A stretch of DNA of 64,000 nt from an uncultured Candidatus Rokubacteria bacterium (GTDB lineage: Bacteria > Methylomirabilota > Methylomirabilia > Rokubacteriales > CSP1-6). This document shows positions 51,444 to 60,893 of this stretch, piece by piece. The stretch's first letter is position 1. The number at the start of each line of letters is the position of its first letter. Location: contig CAVWFS010000014.1 in NCBI GenBank assembly GCA_963754315.1, positions 32,001 through 96,000 on the forward strand, written 5' to 3'. The position numbers and the translations under genes were made by a program. The notes beneath the pieces were generated by a model. That model worked only from the letters and a program-made list of their open reading frames with translations, searched no databases and had not been told where the DNA came from.

Positions 51444-52592
51444 ATGAGAGACGGTCTGCGCGCATTCGACGCTGATACACACGTCAACCCGGCGGCCGAA
51501 GTCCTCGAGCGGTACGTCGATCCCGACTTTCGGCCCCGACTGGCGGAGCTAGCCCTCCATCGGACCGCTACCGGCCACATGATGGGAGGCACTCCCGGTA
51601 CCCACCAGTTTCGCGTCGCCACCAAGCTCTACCGGCGCGTTCTGGGGACGGCAGAGCCTCACGACACGTTCACCGGCCGTCGGACCAACTGGATGGGAAC
51701 CAAGGAACCACGGGTCGGAGTTCAGGACGATCAGGCCGAGAACCGGATCAGGGACATGGACGACGAAGGGACGGACGCCCATTTCCTGGTACCGACTCTC
51801 TGGCTGAGCGTGGTGGGACTGCCGGACATCACGCTCGAGGTCGGACTGATCCGCGCCTATCACCGTCATGCCGAGGCCTTCTGTGGTCACGCGCCTGGCC
51901 GGCTGCAAACCGCCATCGTCGCCTCCTCCCGCGCCGTCGATGAGGCGGTGCGCGAGATTCATCGGTGGGGGACCTCGAAATGGGCGGTAGCCGTCATCCC
52001 CCTGCTCGCCAAGGACGTGCCGGTCGATCACCCGGACCTGGAACCGATCTGGCAAGCGGCGCAAGAGCACGACCTGGCGATCGTGCATCACAGCAACACC
52101 TGGAATCCCCCGTACTTTCCCGCCTATCAGGACGTGTGGGATAACATCTTTCTCGGCCGTCTGGCCTCTCACCCCTGGGGCGGCATGCGGTTCATGGCCG
52201 CCTTCATCGGGGCCGGGATCATGGACCGCTATCCCCGCTTGCGCATGGGCACGCTCGAGTGTGGCTTCGGGTGGCTCCCCTTCTGGGCCAAGCGCATGGA
52301 CGAGCAAGCGGTTTACGTGGGCGGCACCGCGCCCCTCAAGCACCGGCCCAGCGAGTACCTGACCAGTGGCCGGTTTTTCTGCACCATCGAGCGGCACGAG
52401 GGCGAGGATTTGTTCAACTTCGTGACGAACGTGCTGGGTGACGACGTCCTGATGTACGCATCCGACTATCCTCATTCGGAGTGTCAGTTTCCCAATTCCG
52501 TGGACAACATCGCGCGCTGGTCGAGTCTCAAGCCTGACACCAAGCGCAAGCTCCTATGGGACAATGCCGCCCGTTTCTACAAGCGAACGTGA
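51444..52592 (+). CDS. Amidohydrolase family 2 protein
   Basis: DADTH, DMDDEG.D, LECGFGWLP, ASDYPH. Confidence 0.88.
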   Translation: MRDGLRAFDADTHVNPAAEVLERYVDPDFRPRLAELALHRTATGHMMGGTPGTHQFRVATKLYRRVLGTAEPHDTFTGRRTNWMGTKEPRVGVQDDQAENRIRDMDDEGTDAHFLVPTLWLSVVGLPDITLEVGLIRAYHRHAEAFCGHAPGRLQTAIVASSRAVDEAVREIHRWGTSKWAVAVIPLLAKDVPVDHPDLEPIWQAAQEHDLAIVHHSNTWNPPYFPAYQDVWDNIFLGRLASHPWGGMRFMAAFIGAGIMDRYPRLRMGTLECGFGWLPFWAKRMDEQAVYVGGTAPLKHRPSEYLTSGRFFCTIERHEGEDLFNFVTNVLGDDVLMYASDYPHSECQFPNSVDNIARWSSLKPDTKRKLLWDNAARFYKRT

Positions 52593-52605
52593 AAGGACCG
52601 TGACG

Positions 52606-52911
52606 ATGGCTCAAGCGACCCTACCCCCGTGGATCCAGACGCTGCAGCAGCGCGATCCGGAGTTCGTCAGCTCCTACATGGCCCAGCGCGAACGCATCCT
52701 GCGTGATGGCGCCATCCCGGCGAAGTACAAGCTGCTCATGACGATGATCGTCGATGCGCTCCTGTCACACCCGGACGGTGTCGCCAACATCGCCACCCGC
52801 GCGCGGGGGGCGGGGGCCTCGGAAGCAGAGATCCAGGAGGCGGTGGAGGTAGCCTATCTCTTCGGCGGTACGCCGGCCCTGGTGACCGCCGTGAACGCGT
52901 TCCGCACCTAG
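52606..52911 (+). CDS. Carboxymuconolactone decarboxylase family protein
   Basis: GAIPAKYKLL, ARGAGASEAEIQEAV, GGTPA. Confidence 0.8.
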   Translation: MAQATLPPWIQTLQQRDPEFVSSYMAQRERILRDGAIPAKYKLLMTMIVDALLSHPDGVANIATRARGAGASEAEIQEAVEVAYLFGGTPALVTAVNAFRT

Positions 52912-53591
52912 CCGGCGCCGCCCTCACCCGCCGCGGTGATGAAAATTCGGTGTGAGGGCCGGAGCTGCACCTCATGGCCGATGGCGAATCCCGCTCGAGC
53001 CAGCAGCCAGCGCCAGTCGTCGGCCGTGTACTTGTTGTGCGCAGGAAAGAGTCGGAATCCACGCCGGAGGCTGTCCGCTTCCGTCTCGCCAAGACTGTCG
53101 CGGCGCCACGCGAGGTACGTCGACAGCGGCTGCCGGATCCAGTCATGCAGGAGGAACACGCCGGCGGCGGCCAGCACGCGGCGTATTTCGGCGAGGGCGG
53201 GCAGCGGCTCGTCGAAGACGTGCAGCACGGATGACATGCTCACCAGGTGAACGGCGCCCTGCGCGTGGGGAAGGGGCTGGGTCGCCACGTCATGGAGCGT
53301 GAGCGTGGGCTCCGCCCCCTTGTAGGTGAGGCCTCGACCATAGTTGATCATGGCCGGCGTCACGTCGTATCCGAACAAGGTCGCTGACGGCCAGCGCTCA
53401 CCGACATCCCGGAGCCAGAGACCAGGGCCGCATCCCAGATCGATGATCGTAGGGCGCGGAGGCAACGCGGGAGCGATGTGCGTGGCGACAAGCTCCCAAT
53501 AGGTATCGCCGAAGCGCTCATGGTGAGTGCTGACCATCCGCTGCACGAGCTCCTCGTCGGATGCTCCACTGAGCGCCTGGTGTGTCGGCAT
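52908..53591 (-). CDS. Class I SAM-dependent methyltransferase
   Basis: IIDLGCGPG, VLH, EIRRVL. Confidence 0.88.
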   Translation of the reverse strand: MPTHQALSGASDEELVQRMVSTHHERFGDTYWELVATHIAPALPPRPTIIDLGCGPGLWLRDVGERWPSATLFGYDVTPAMINYGRGLTYKGAEPTLTLHDVATQPLPHAQGAVHLVSMSSVLHVFDEPLPALAEIRRVLAAAGVFLLHDWIRQPLSTYLAWRRDSLGETEADSLRRGFRLFPAHNKYTADDWRWLLARAGFAIGHEVQLRPSHRIFITAAGEGGAG

Positions 53592-53658
53592 CGTTTCCCT
53601 CTCCTGCCTGAGAACCTGCCTTCGGGACCGATCGGGTGTGTGTTGTGCCCGTCCGCGA

Positions 53659-54054
53659 TCAGAGCTTGGCGACGCCGGCGCGGGCGCAGTCTTCGTCTTG
53701 CTGGGCGGTACCGCCTCCAACGCCGCAGGCTCCCTCCACCACGCCGTTACGGATGATCGGCACCGCTCCCTGACTCGGGATCATGTGGCCGCCCTCCGCC
53801 GCCGCAATCCCCTGGATGATCGGGCTCCCGGCCCGCTCGGCCAGTTCGCCGCTGGGCCGCGCAAAGCCAGCCGAGGCAACGGCTTTGCCCTGGGAGCCGT
53901 ACACGCTCGCCCAGATGGCGCCGTCCATTCGATTGAAGGCCATCAAGCGGCCGCCACTGTCGCACACCGCCGCGCTGATCCGGATGTTCAGCTCCCGAGC
54001 CTTATCGAGGGCTCCCTGGATGATCCGATTGGCTTCCGCGAGAGTCAGCGCCAT
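53659..54054 (-). CDS. GlcG/HbpS family heme-binding protein
   Basis: LTLAEA, AVCDSGG, RMDGA, KA, GACGVGG, QDEDCA; AGGAGG RBS. Confidence 0.88.
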   Translation of the reverse strand: MALTLAEANRIIQGALDKARELNIRISAAVCDSGGRLMAFNRMDGAIWASVYGSQGKAVASAGFARPSGELAERAGSPIIQGIAAAEGGHMIPSQGAVPIIRNGVVEGACGVGGGTAQQDEDCARAGVAKL

Positions 54055-54422
54055 GCCTGGCCTCCTTGCTTGCGTGGTTGGGTAGTGCCGGTCGGGCACT
54101 TCGCGGCGGTCCACCAGCACCCGCACCGCCTCGGTGATGATGGGACTCGTTGTATATGCCTCCCTCCCGTGTCGAGAGCTGCTGGAGAGTATCCCACAGC
54201 CCCGCGAGCGCGCAGCCCGCTTCAGCCTCTCGACGATAGGGTGTCCGAGCCCGCGCATGGCGCCTCCGCTCCGATCTCGCGCCGCGGAGGGACCTGTGCC
54301 TCGACCAGTGCCACCGGGTTGGGGGCTGCCGGGCTGGTCGTAAACGCGAAACGCGGCCACCACCCGTCGGCCGGGCTAAGATGGGGCTGCGAGAATGTCA
54401 CGCCACGAAAGGGTGAGGCACG

Positions 54423-55661
54423 GTGACCAGACGTCTAGTGAGTCTGTACGCGGCGGCAGCGGTCATCCTGACCGTGGCTGCCGGCTGCGATCGCGGCTCG
54501 GCCGGCGCCAAATCCATCACGGTGGTCATCGCCGAGTACAGCAAAGACCACACGAAGCCCTTCTGGCAGGCCCTCGCCGAGCAATACACGAAGCAAACTG
54601 GCGTCAAGGTCGACCTGCGGATCATCGACTGGAATTCCATCGACCAACAGGTCAGCACGATGATCCAGAACAACCAACCTCCCGATGTCCTCAACCTCAA
54701 TTCCTTCTCCAGTTATGCCAAGGACAAGCTGCTCTACTCGGCCGACGAGGTCCTGTCAGCCAAGACCCGCGACGACTTCCTGGCGCCGTTTGCCCGCGGC
54801 GGCGAGTACCAGGGTAAGCTCTACGGGTTTCCCATCCTCTCCAGCGCGCGGGCGTTCTTTTACAACAAGGAACTGTTCGCCAAGGCCGGTCTCGCCGGAT
54901 CGCCAAAGACCTCGGAGGAGTTCGTCCAGGCGGCGCGCCGGATCCACGCCCTCGGCGAAGGAATCATCGGCTACGCGTTGCCGCTAGGGCCCGAAGAAGC
55001 CCAGGCCGAGTGGTCTATCTGGATGTGGAACGGCGGGGGCGATTGGAAGGTGGGCGACGGGTGGGCCATCAACAGCGACGCCAACGTGCGGACGCTCTCC
55101 TTTCTCAGCGATCTGGCCAATCGCGACAAGGTGACGCAGGTCAACCCGGGCAAGACGAACCGCACCGACGGCGCGTTCCAGCTCTTCAAGGACGGCAAGG
55201 TGGGCATGGTGATGGGCTTCAGCCCGCTGGCCGCCCAGCTCGATGCCGAGGGAAAGGTCAGCTACGGGGTGGCCGAGATGCCTACGAGCACCTCCAAACC
55301 CGTGACCCTGGCGGTTGAGGACTACCTCATGGCCTTCAAGAAGAGCAACAACCGCGAGGCGGTCAAGCAGTTCCTCGATCTCTACTACCAGCCGGAGAAC
55401 ATTACCCGCTGGATCAGTGCCGAAGGCTTCCTGCCGGTGACGACCTCCGGCCTGGCCAAGATGGGCGGCAATCCCAAGCTGAAGCCTTATCTCGACGCCT
55501 TGCCAAACGCCCGGTTGGCGCCGACGACCGATCCGGCCTGGGATCGGGTCAAGCTGGATGTCCAGCAGAACATCGGCCTCGCTGTGCAGCCCGGCGGTAA
55601 TCCCAAGCAGGTGCTTGACCAGCTCCAGAAGAACGCCGTCGCCGCGGCGGGCGGACGTTGA
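54423..55661 (+). CDS. Carbohydrate ABC transporter substrate-binding lipoprotein
   Basis: Lipobox AAGC; PPDV, YGFP, FYNKELF, F.DGKVGM. Confidence 0.88.
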   Translation: MTRRLVSLYAAAAVILTVAAGCDRGSAGAKSITVVIAEYSKDHTKPFWQALAEQYTKQTGVKVDLRIIDWNSIDQQVSTMIQNNQPPDVLNLNSFSSYAKDKLLYSADEVLSAKTRDDFLAPFARGGEYQGKLYGFPILSSARAFFYNKELFAKAGLAGSPKTSEEFVQAARRIHALGEGIIGYALPLGPEEAQAEWSIWMWNGGGDWKVGDGWAINSDANVRTLSFLSDLANRDKVTQVNPGKTNRTDGAFQLFKDGKVGMVMGFSPLAAQLDAEGKVSYGVAEMPTSTSKPVTLAVEDYLMAFKKSNNREAVKQFLDLYYQPENITRWISAEGFLPVTTSGLAKMGGNPKLKPYLDALPNARLAPTTDPAWDRVKLDVQQNIGLAVQPGGNPKQVLDQLQKNAVAAAGGR

Positions 55662-55719
55662 TTCTCGTGGTGAGGCTTGTCGGGCGCGTCTGGGCTGCTC
55701 GTGGGGCGGGCGCGACCGC

Positions 55720-56700
55720 TTGTATCCTGTTCCCGCCCGACTTGCCCGCCGAGACCCCCGGCTCGGGGCGCACGGCGGCCCCTGCGGCGGTCTGACGCGG
55801 GCCCGCGCCCGGCGCCGCCGCGGCGCAGGCCTCGGGGAAGCTCTCCTCTGGCTCGGCCCGAGTCTGGCCCTGATCGCCGCGGTCGTCGTCTATCCCGCCG
55901 TCGCCCTCGTGCGCGCCTCGTTCAGCCGTTACTCGGTGACCGGGCTCTACCAGGGCCCGGCGGGCCTCACCAACTATGCGCGCCTCCTCGATCAGGACGC
56001 ACTGCCCACGGTGCTGGGAAACACGGCGGTGTGGGTGGCCGCGATCGTGAGTATCACCATCATCCTCTCGCTGGGTCTCGGTCAGTTCCTGAACGCGAGC
56101 TTTCCCGGCCGGCGCGTGGTCCGCTGGGCCCTCATCGTGCCATGGGCGGCTTCGCTCATCATGACCGCAAAACTCTTCGCCTGGATCTACGACTACTACT
56201 TCGGGATCCTCAACGCGATCCTGGTCCGGCTGCGCATCATCGAAGGGCCCGTGGACTGGCTAGGCGATGACAGTACCGTGATGGGCGCCATGATCGCGGT
56301 GGGGATCTTCGTCTCGTTGCCCTTCACCACCTACGTCGTCCTCGCCGGGCTCTCCGCCATTCCAGCCGACGTCTACGAGGCGGCGCGCGTGGACGGGGCC
56401 TCCGCCTGGCGCACCTACCGGTCGGTGACCCTGCCACTCCTGCGCCCGGCCCTCCTCGTGGCTACCGTGCTGAACGTCATCTACGTCTTCAACTCCTTTC
56501 CCATCGTGTGGACGCTCAACGACCGCAACCCGGGGTTCAGCCACGACACCATGATCACGTTCATGTACAAGATTGCCTTCAAGAGCGCCGTGCGCGACGT
56601 CGGTGTCGCCGCTGCCCTGGGCGTGGTGAACGTGCTGCTGATCCTGGTGGCGGTGGCCGCCTACCTGCGCGTCGTGCGCTGGCGCGAGGCGGAGGCATGA
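55720..56700 (+). CDS. Carbohydrate ABC transporter permease; start uncertain
   Basis: GLTNY, YEAARVDGAS EAA motif. Confidence 0.85.
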   Translation: MYPVPARLARRDPRLGAHGGPCGGLTRARARRRRGAGLGEALLWLGPSLALIAAVVVYPAVALVRASFSRYSVTGLYQGPAGLTNYARLLDQDALPTVLGNTAVWVAAIVSITIILSLGLGQFLNASFPGRRVVRWALIVPWAASLIMTAKLFAWIYDYYFGILNAILVRLRIIEGPVDWLGDDSTVMGAMIAVGIFVSLPFTTYVVLAGLSAIPADVYEAARVDGASAWRTYRSVTLPLLRPALLVATVLNVIYVFNSFPIVWTLNDRNPGFSHDTMITFMYKIAFKSAVRDVGVAAALGVVNVLLILVAVAAYLRVVRWREAEA

Positions 56701-57551
56701 AGGCTTTGCGCGCACGGACCGCTCTCCGGCAAGGCACCCTTCGACGGACGGCGCTAGGCTGTGCGGGGCTGCTGCTCGCGATCGCCCTGGTGTCGCCCTA
56801 CGTGGTCATGCTGCTCACCGCCGTGAAGCCAGAGAGCGAGCTGCGCATCACGCCGCCCCGGCTGCTGCCCCTGCGCTGGCACTCCGCTAGCTTTCTCGAG
56901 GTGGTCACCGACCGCGGCTTCCAGGCCTGGTTCCAGGTCTCGCTCACTGTGGCGGGGCTGTCGACCGCTATCGTCCTGCTCACAGCCACCCCCGCCGCCT
57001 ATTACACCGCGCGCCACCGGTTTCCAGGTCGCGCCGCCTTCCTCGTGCTCGTGCTGGTCACCCAGATGTTCTCCCCCACTGCGCTCGTGGTCGGGTTGTA
57101 TCGTCAGTTCTTCGAGTTGGGGCTTGTCAACACGCGGGCCGCGCTCATCCTCACCAACGCCGCCTTCAACCTGGCGTTCGCGATCTGGATCCTGCGCGCG
57201 TTCTTTGCCTCGATCCCCCGGGAAATTGAGGAGGCGGCGGCCGTCGACGGCTGCAGCCGGGTGCGGGTACTGTTCCAGGTGGTGCTGCCTCTTTCGCTAC
57301 CTGCCCTGGTCACGGCGGCCATCTTCGCCTTCATCGCGGCCTGGAACGAGTACATCGTGGCCCTGACCCTCATCACTGATCCTGACGTGAAACCCCTCAC
57401 CGTCGGCATCACCTCGTACGTCACCGCCTATGTTCAGCACTGGAACCAGCTCTTCGCCGCCTCGCTGATCGCCATCGTCCCCGTGGTGGTGCTCTTCGCC
57501 CTGATTGAGCGCCACCTCGTGGGCGGCCTCACTGCGGGCAGCGTGAAGTAG
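56697..57551 (+). CDS. Carbohydrate ABC transporter permease
   Basis: IPREIEEAAAVDG, AWNEY, GGLTAGSVK; ATGA coupling. Confidence 0.9.
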   Translation: MKALRARTALRQGTLRRTALGCAGLLLAIALVSPYVVMLLTAVKPESELRITPPRLLPLRWHSASFLEVVTDRGFQAWFQVSLTVAGLSTAIVLLTATPAAYYTARHRFPGRAAFLVLVLVTQMFSPTALVVGLYRQFFELGLVNTRAALILTNAAFNLAFAIWILRAFFASIPREIEEAAAVDGCSRVRVLFQVVLPLSLPALVTAAIFAFIAAWNEYIVALTLITDPDVKPLTVGITSYVTAYVQHWNQLFAASLIAIVPVVVLFALIERHLVGGLTAGSVK

Positions 57552-57559
57552 GGAGCTCC

Positions 57560-57685
57560 CTCACCGAGATTCGCGGCCGAGTCCTCTACACCCTCTCGAC
57601 CGAGGGGGGAATGCGGTGAGCCCACGGGTGGGCCGCCTCGAAGGCCGCCGCGCTGCGGAGCACCGCGGCTTCCCTCGTCGGAGGG
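57560..57685. repeat. Palindrome-rich intergenic element (possible MITE/REP)
   Basis: CTCACCG(57560)/CGGTGAG(57614); imperfect inverted pair CCCTCTCGACCGAGGG(57591)/TCCCTCGTCGGAGGG(57671); GCCCAC-GG-GTGGGC. Confidence 0.45.
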
Positions 57686-58044
57686 CTCGCGGTCGCACGT
57701 CGAGCCTCTTGGAGCCGCAGATTCGCGGCAAGCACCACCACCGCGTTGAATCTTCGGATGGACGGCGTCGATCTGCCGCCAACAGCGCTTGCACGACCTC
57801 GTGCGGCGCGACGGTGCGCCTCTGGTATAGCGGCGCAGACGCACAGCGGACGTGAAGGGACTGTCGTCGCCACTCTCTTTTCTCCAGCCAGTCGATCGCA
57901 GAGATGCTCATGGTCTCGGAGAACCCCGGCCAGGATTCTAAGGCAATGGCTGCGGAAACGTAACTCGGTGTAGCATCGGGCGGACCGAGACGTCAGCGAC
58001 TGCATCAGGGCCGAGAGGGTCATGTCTTCCGCGGAGGTCGAGGC

Positions 58045-59508
58045 ATGAGGACGCTCATCGAAGGCGGTTGGGTGGTGGCTTTCAACGGCACGAGCCACGA
58101 GGTGTACGAGCAGGGCAGCGTGGTCGTCGACGGCGATCGAATCGTGCATGCCGGCCCGGCCTACACGGGTGCGGCCGACACCCGGCTGTCGGCGCGCGGC
58201 AAGCTCGTGGCGCCTGGCTTCATCAACACCCATGTACATACGGCCGGCAACGGTGGGGACTACCTGCTGCTCGATATGGCCAAGAATGACTATCGCACTG
58301 CGAACTACATGAGCTTTGCCGCCCCCCTCAAGGGAGCGATGACCCCACCCCCGGCGGAGGCCGTTGCCGCTTTGCGCGCCTTCGTGTTCCTGCACGCGCT
58401 CAAGCTCGGCACCACCACCATCATCGACGTGGGAGGGCTTCGCGGAGACTGGGAGGGCTATGTGCGCCTGGTCGACGAGCTGGGCGTGCGCGTCTACGGC
58501 AGCCCGCCCTTCCGGGACCGCAATACGTTCATGGACACCCAGGGCCGGCTTTACTATGACGAGGATCTGGCGGCCGGTCAGCAGGCCCTCAAGGAAGCGG
58601 TCGCCTTCGTGCGCAGCTACGACGGCGCCGCCCACGGGCGCATGCGCGGCATGCTGAACGCGGCTCAGGTCGAGACGTGCACCGAGGCCCTGCTGCGTGC
58701 GGGCAAGGATGCCGCGCGGGAGCTCGGCGTCCCCATCCACACGCATGCCGGCGGCAACCTCATCGAGTTCCAGCGCATCATGGACGAGTACCGCAAGACG
58801 CCGATCCAGCTCCTGGCCGATATCGGCTTCCTCGACGAGAGCACGCTCATCGGTCACGGTGTGTTCACCACTGCCCATCCCTGGGCCAGCTATCCGTTCG
58901 GAGACGACCTGCGAGTGCTCGCCGAGCGTGGGGCGACCGTGGGGCACTGTCCCTACAAGTACGCCAAGATGGCGATGACCCTGCACTCACTCCAGCGATA
59001 CCTGGAGGCCGGTGTCAACGTGGCGATCGGCACCGATACCTTTCCCATGGACATCGTGGCCGAGCTGCGCTGGGCCTCGATTCTCGCCAAGGTGGCCGAT
59101 GCGAACTATCAGGCGGGCCTCCCGCGTGACGTTTTCAACGCGGCCACCTTGGCAGCCTGCCGGTTTCTGCGCCGCGACGACCTCGGACGCCTGGCCCCCG
59201 GCGCCAAGGCTGACCTGGTAGTGATCAACCTCGACCACCTCGGGACGCTCGTCTACGCCGATCCCATCAAGGCGCTGGTGGACGGTGGCTGCGGGCGGGA
59301 TGTCGACACCGTGATGGTGGACGGCCAGATCCTCGTCCAGGGGGGCCGCACGGTGCGTGTCGACGAGGAGGAGGTCTACGCGAAGGCCCGCCAGGTCACC
59401 CAGCGCTACTGGAGCCACGTGCCCACCTGGCGCTGGGACAAGGCCGGTGTCGACCAGATCATTCCTCCAGCCTTTCCCATGCACCGGGCGGCGGGCCCGC
59501 GAGCCTAG
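58045..59508 (+). CDS. Amidohydrolase (chlorohydrolase/deaminase subfamily)
   Basis: PGFINTHVH, GTTT, HTHA, GHG, GTD, G.LAPGAKAD, VMVDG. Confidence 0.88.
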   Translation: MRTLIEGGWVVAFNGTSHEVYEQGSVVVDGDRIVHAGPAYTGAADTRLSARGKLVAPGFINTHVHTAGNGGDYLLLDMAKNDYRTANYMSFAAPLKGAMTPPPAEAVAALRAFVFLHALKLGTTTIIDVGGLRGDWEGYVRLVDELGVRVYGSPPFRDRNTFMDTQGRLYYDEDLAAGQQALKEAVAFVRSYDGAAHGRMRGMLNAAQVETCTEALLRAGKDAARELGVPIHTHAGGNLIEFQRIMDEYRKTPIQLLADIGFLDESTLIGHGVFTTAHPWASYPFGDDLRVLAERGATVGHCPYKYAKMAMTLHSLQRYLEAGVNVAIGTDTFPMDIVAELRWASILAKVADANYQAGLPRDVFNAATLAACRFLRRDDLGRLAPGAKADLVVINLDHLGTLVYADPIKALVDGGCGRDVDTVMVDGQILVQGGRTVRVDEEEVYAKARQVTQRYWSHVPTWRWDKAGVDQIIPPAFPMHRAAGPRA

Positions 59509-59522
59509 GCAGGACTTTCCAG

Positions 59523-59545
59523 CGGGGGGCCCGGAGCCCCCTCCG
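59523..59545. terminator. GC hairpin between convergent genes
   Basis: CGGGGGGC-CCGGA-GCCCCCTCCG; resembles the core hairpin of the 87-bp repeat. Confidence 0.4.
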
Positions 59546-59556
59546 TGGCACGAGGC

Positions 59557-60786
59557 TCAGGCAGGGCGAGCGAGCAAGGCTGCCGCGATCATCACCACGG
59601 CGGCTGCGCTCAACGTGAGCGACCAGTCGACGCCGATGACGGCCCCCACCACCCCGACCGTCACGCCGCTTCCGGCGCGTAGGCCCAAGGTGGCGGTGTT
59701 GAACAGGCCGACTACTCTTCCCCGCAGCCGCGGAGGCGCCAGGATCTGCACGAGGGCCTGGGCCATCGAGGTAAAGGCGATGTTGAACAAGCCCGCGAGG
59801 ACAAGGAGCGTGATCGCGACCCCGTAGGTCCTGGCCAATGGGAACAGCCCGATGGTCAGACCCCACGCCGCGGCGCAAAGGATCGCCGTGCGCGCGGTCG
59901 GACGAAGCAGGTTCAGACTCTCCAGAAGCACGGCTCCGATCACGGCGCCGGCCGCGTTCGCCCCGAGGAGCAGGCTGTAGCCCGCCCCCGCGGCGTTCGC
60001 CCCCAGACGGTAGGCGTACTGGGGCATTTGAGCCTGGAAGGCGTTGCCCACGAAGAACGAGGTGGCGCCGCCGAGCGCGATCATGACAATGATCCGGCGA
60101 TCCGCGCGCACCTCCTCGAAGACCCTCAGCGCCTCCCCAAGCCCGAACCGCGGTGCCGACCGTGGCTGGCCCGCAGACAGGGCGTGCCCTGTGTAGGGAA
60201 TGCGCATCAGCAAGATCGTGAAGGGGAGGTAGATGAGCACGTTGGCCAGCAAACCCCAGGCGGGACCGAGGAGCAGCATGAGGCCCCCGCCGACCGCCGG
60301 TCCCAGCAGGATCGACAGATGACGGCTGGTGGCGTTCAAGCGGATGGCGCTCTGGAGCTGCTCCGCCCCGACCATATCGTGGAGGAGGAGCTGCACGGCG
60401 GCGGTGCCCACGACCCCGGCCGCGCCGTGGATCAACAGGATGACCACAGCATGCCAGACCTCAAGCGTGTCCGTGAGAAAGAGGAGGCCCCACGCGAGCG
60501 ACGCCAGCATGAAGAGCACTTGGCCAGCCTGGATGAGCTTGCGGCAATCGTAGCGATCGGCCAGGACGCCGGCATGAAACGAGAAGAACAGAAAGGGCAG
60601 CCAGTGGCTGATGACGGCAAAGCCAGCCAGGGTCGGCGAGTTGAACTTCAGGAAGATGACCCAGTAGCTGATGACGTGCTCGATGCTATCGGCCGTCATC
60701 GCGAGCAGAGCCGCCACGAAGTACCGTCGATAGGCGGGGACGTGAAGGGCCGCGAAGCGGGGCGTGAGAGCGGACGGATGCGGCAC
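59557..60786 (-). CDS. MFS transporter (MFS_3-like)
   Basis: ADSIEHVISYW, ADRYD, LRGRVVG; about 12 TMs. Confidence 0.87.
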   Translation of the reverse strand: MPHPSALTPRFAALHVPAYRRYFVAALLAMTADSIEHVISYWVIFLKFNSPTLAGFAVISHWLPFLFFSFHAGVLADRYDCRKLIQAGQVLFMLASLAWGLLFLTDTLEVWHAVVILLIHGAAGVVGTAAVQLLLHDMVGAEQLQSAIRLNATSRHLSILLGPAVGGGLMLLLGPAWGLLANVLIYLPFTILLMRIPYTGHALSAGQPRSAPRFGLGEALRVFEEVRADRRIIVMIALGGATSFFVGNAFQAQMPQYAYRLGANAAGAGYSLLLGANAAGAVIGAVLLESLNLLRPTARTAILCAAAWGLTIGLFPLARTYGVAITLLVLAGLFNIAFTSMAQALVQILAPPRLRGRVVGLFNTATLGLRAGSGVTVGVVGAVIGVDWSLTLSAAAVVMIAAALLARPA

Positions 60787-60792
60787 GGACGA

Positions 60793-60886
60793 ATCCTATC
60801 ACTCGCCGAGTCTGGGCCCCCCGCTCGAGGCGATTGCCATGCCGTCATCAGCGCTACGAGCCGCCCGGCGCCGTCGGGCCTATAAT
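60793..60886. promoter_or_regulatory. Divergent -10 boxes immediately preceding start codons
   Basis: - strand TGaTAGGAT (60801-60793) 6 nt before GTG 60786; + strand TATAAT (60881-60886) 7 nt before ATG 60894. Confidence 0.55.
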
Positions 60887-60893
60887 TGCGGCG

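Noticed and set aside
57561..57911. 116-aa - strand ORF in the long intergenic region
   Set aside because: No RBS or recognisable motif; it runs through palindromic repeat sequence
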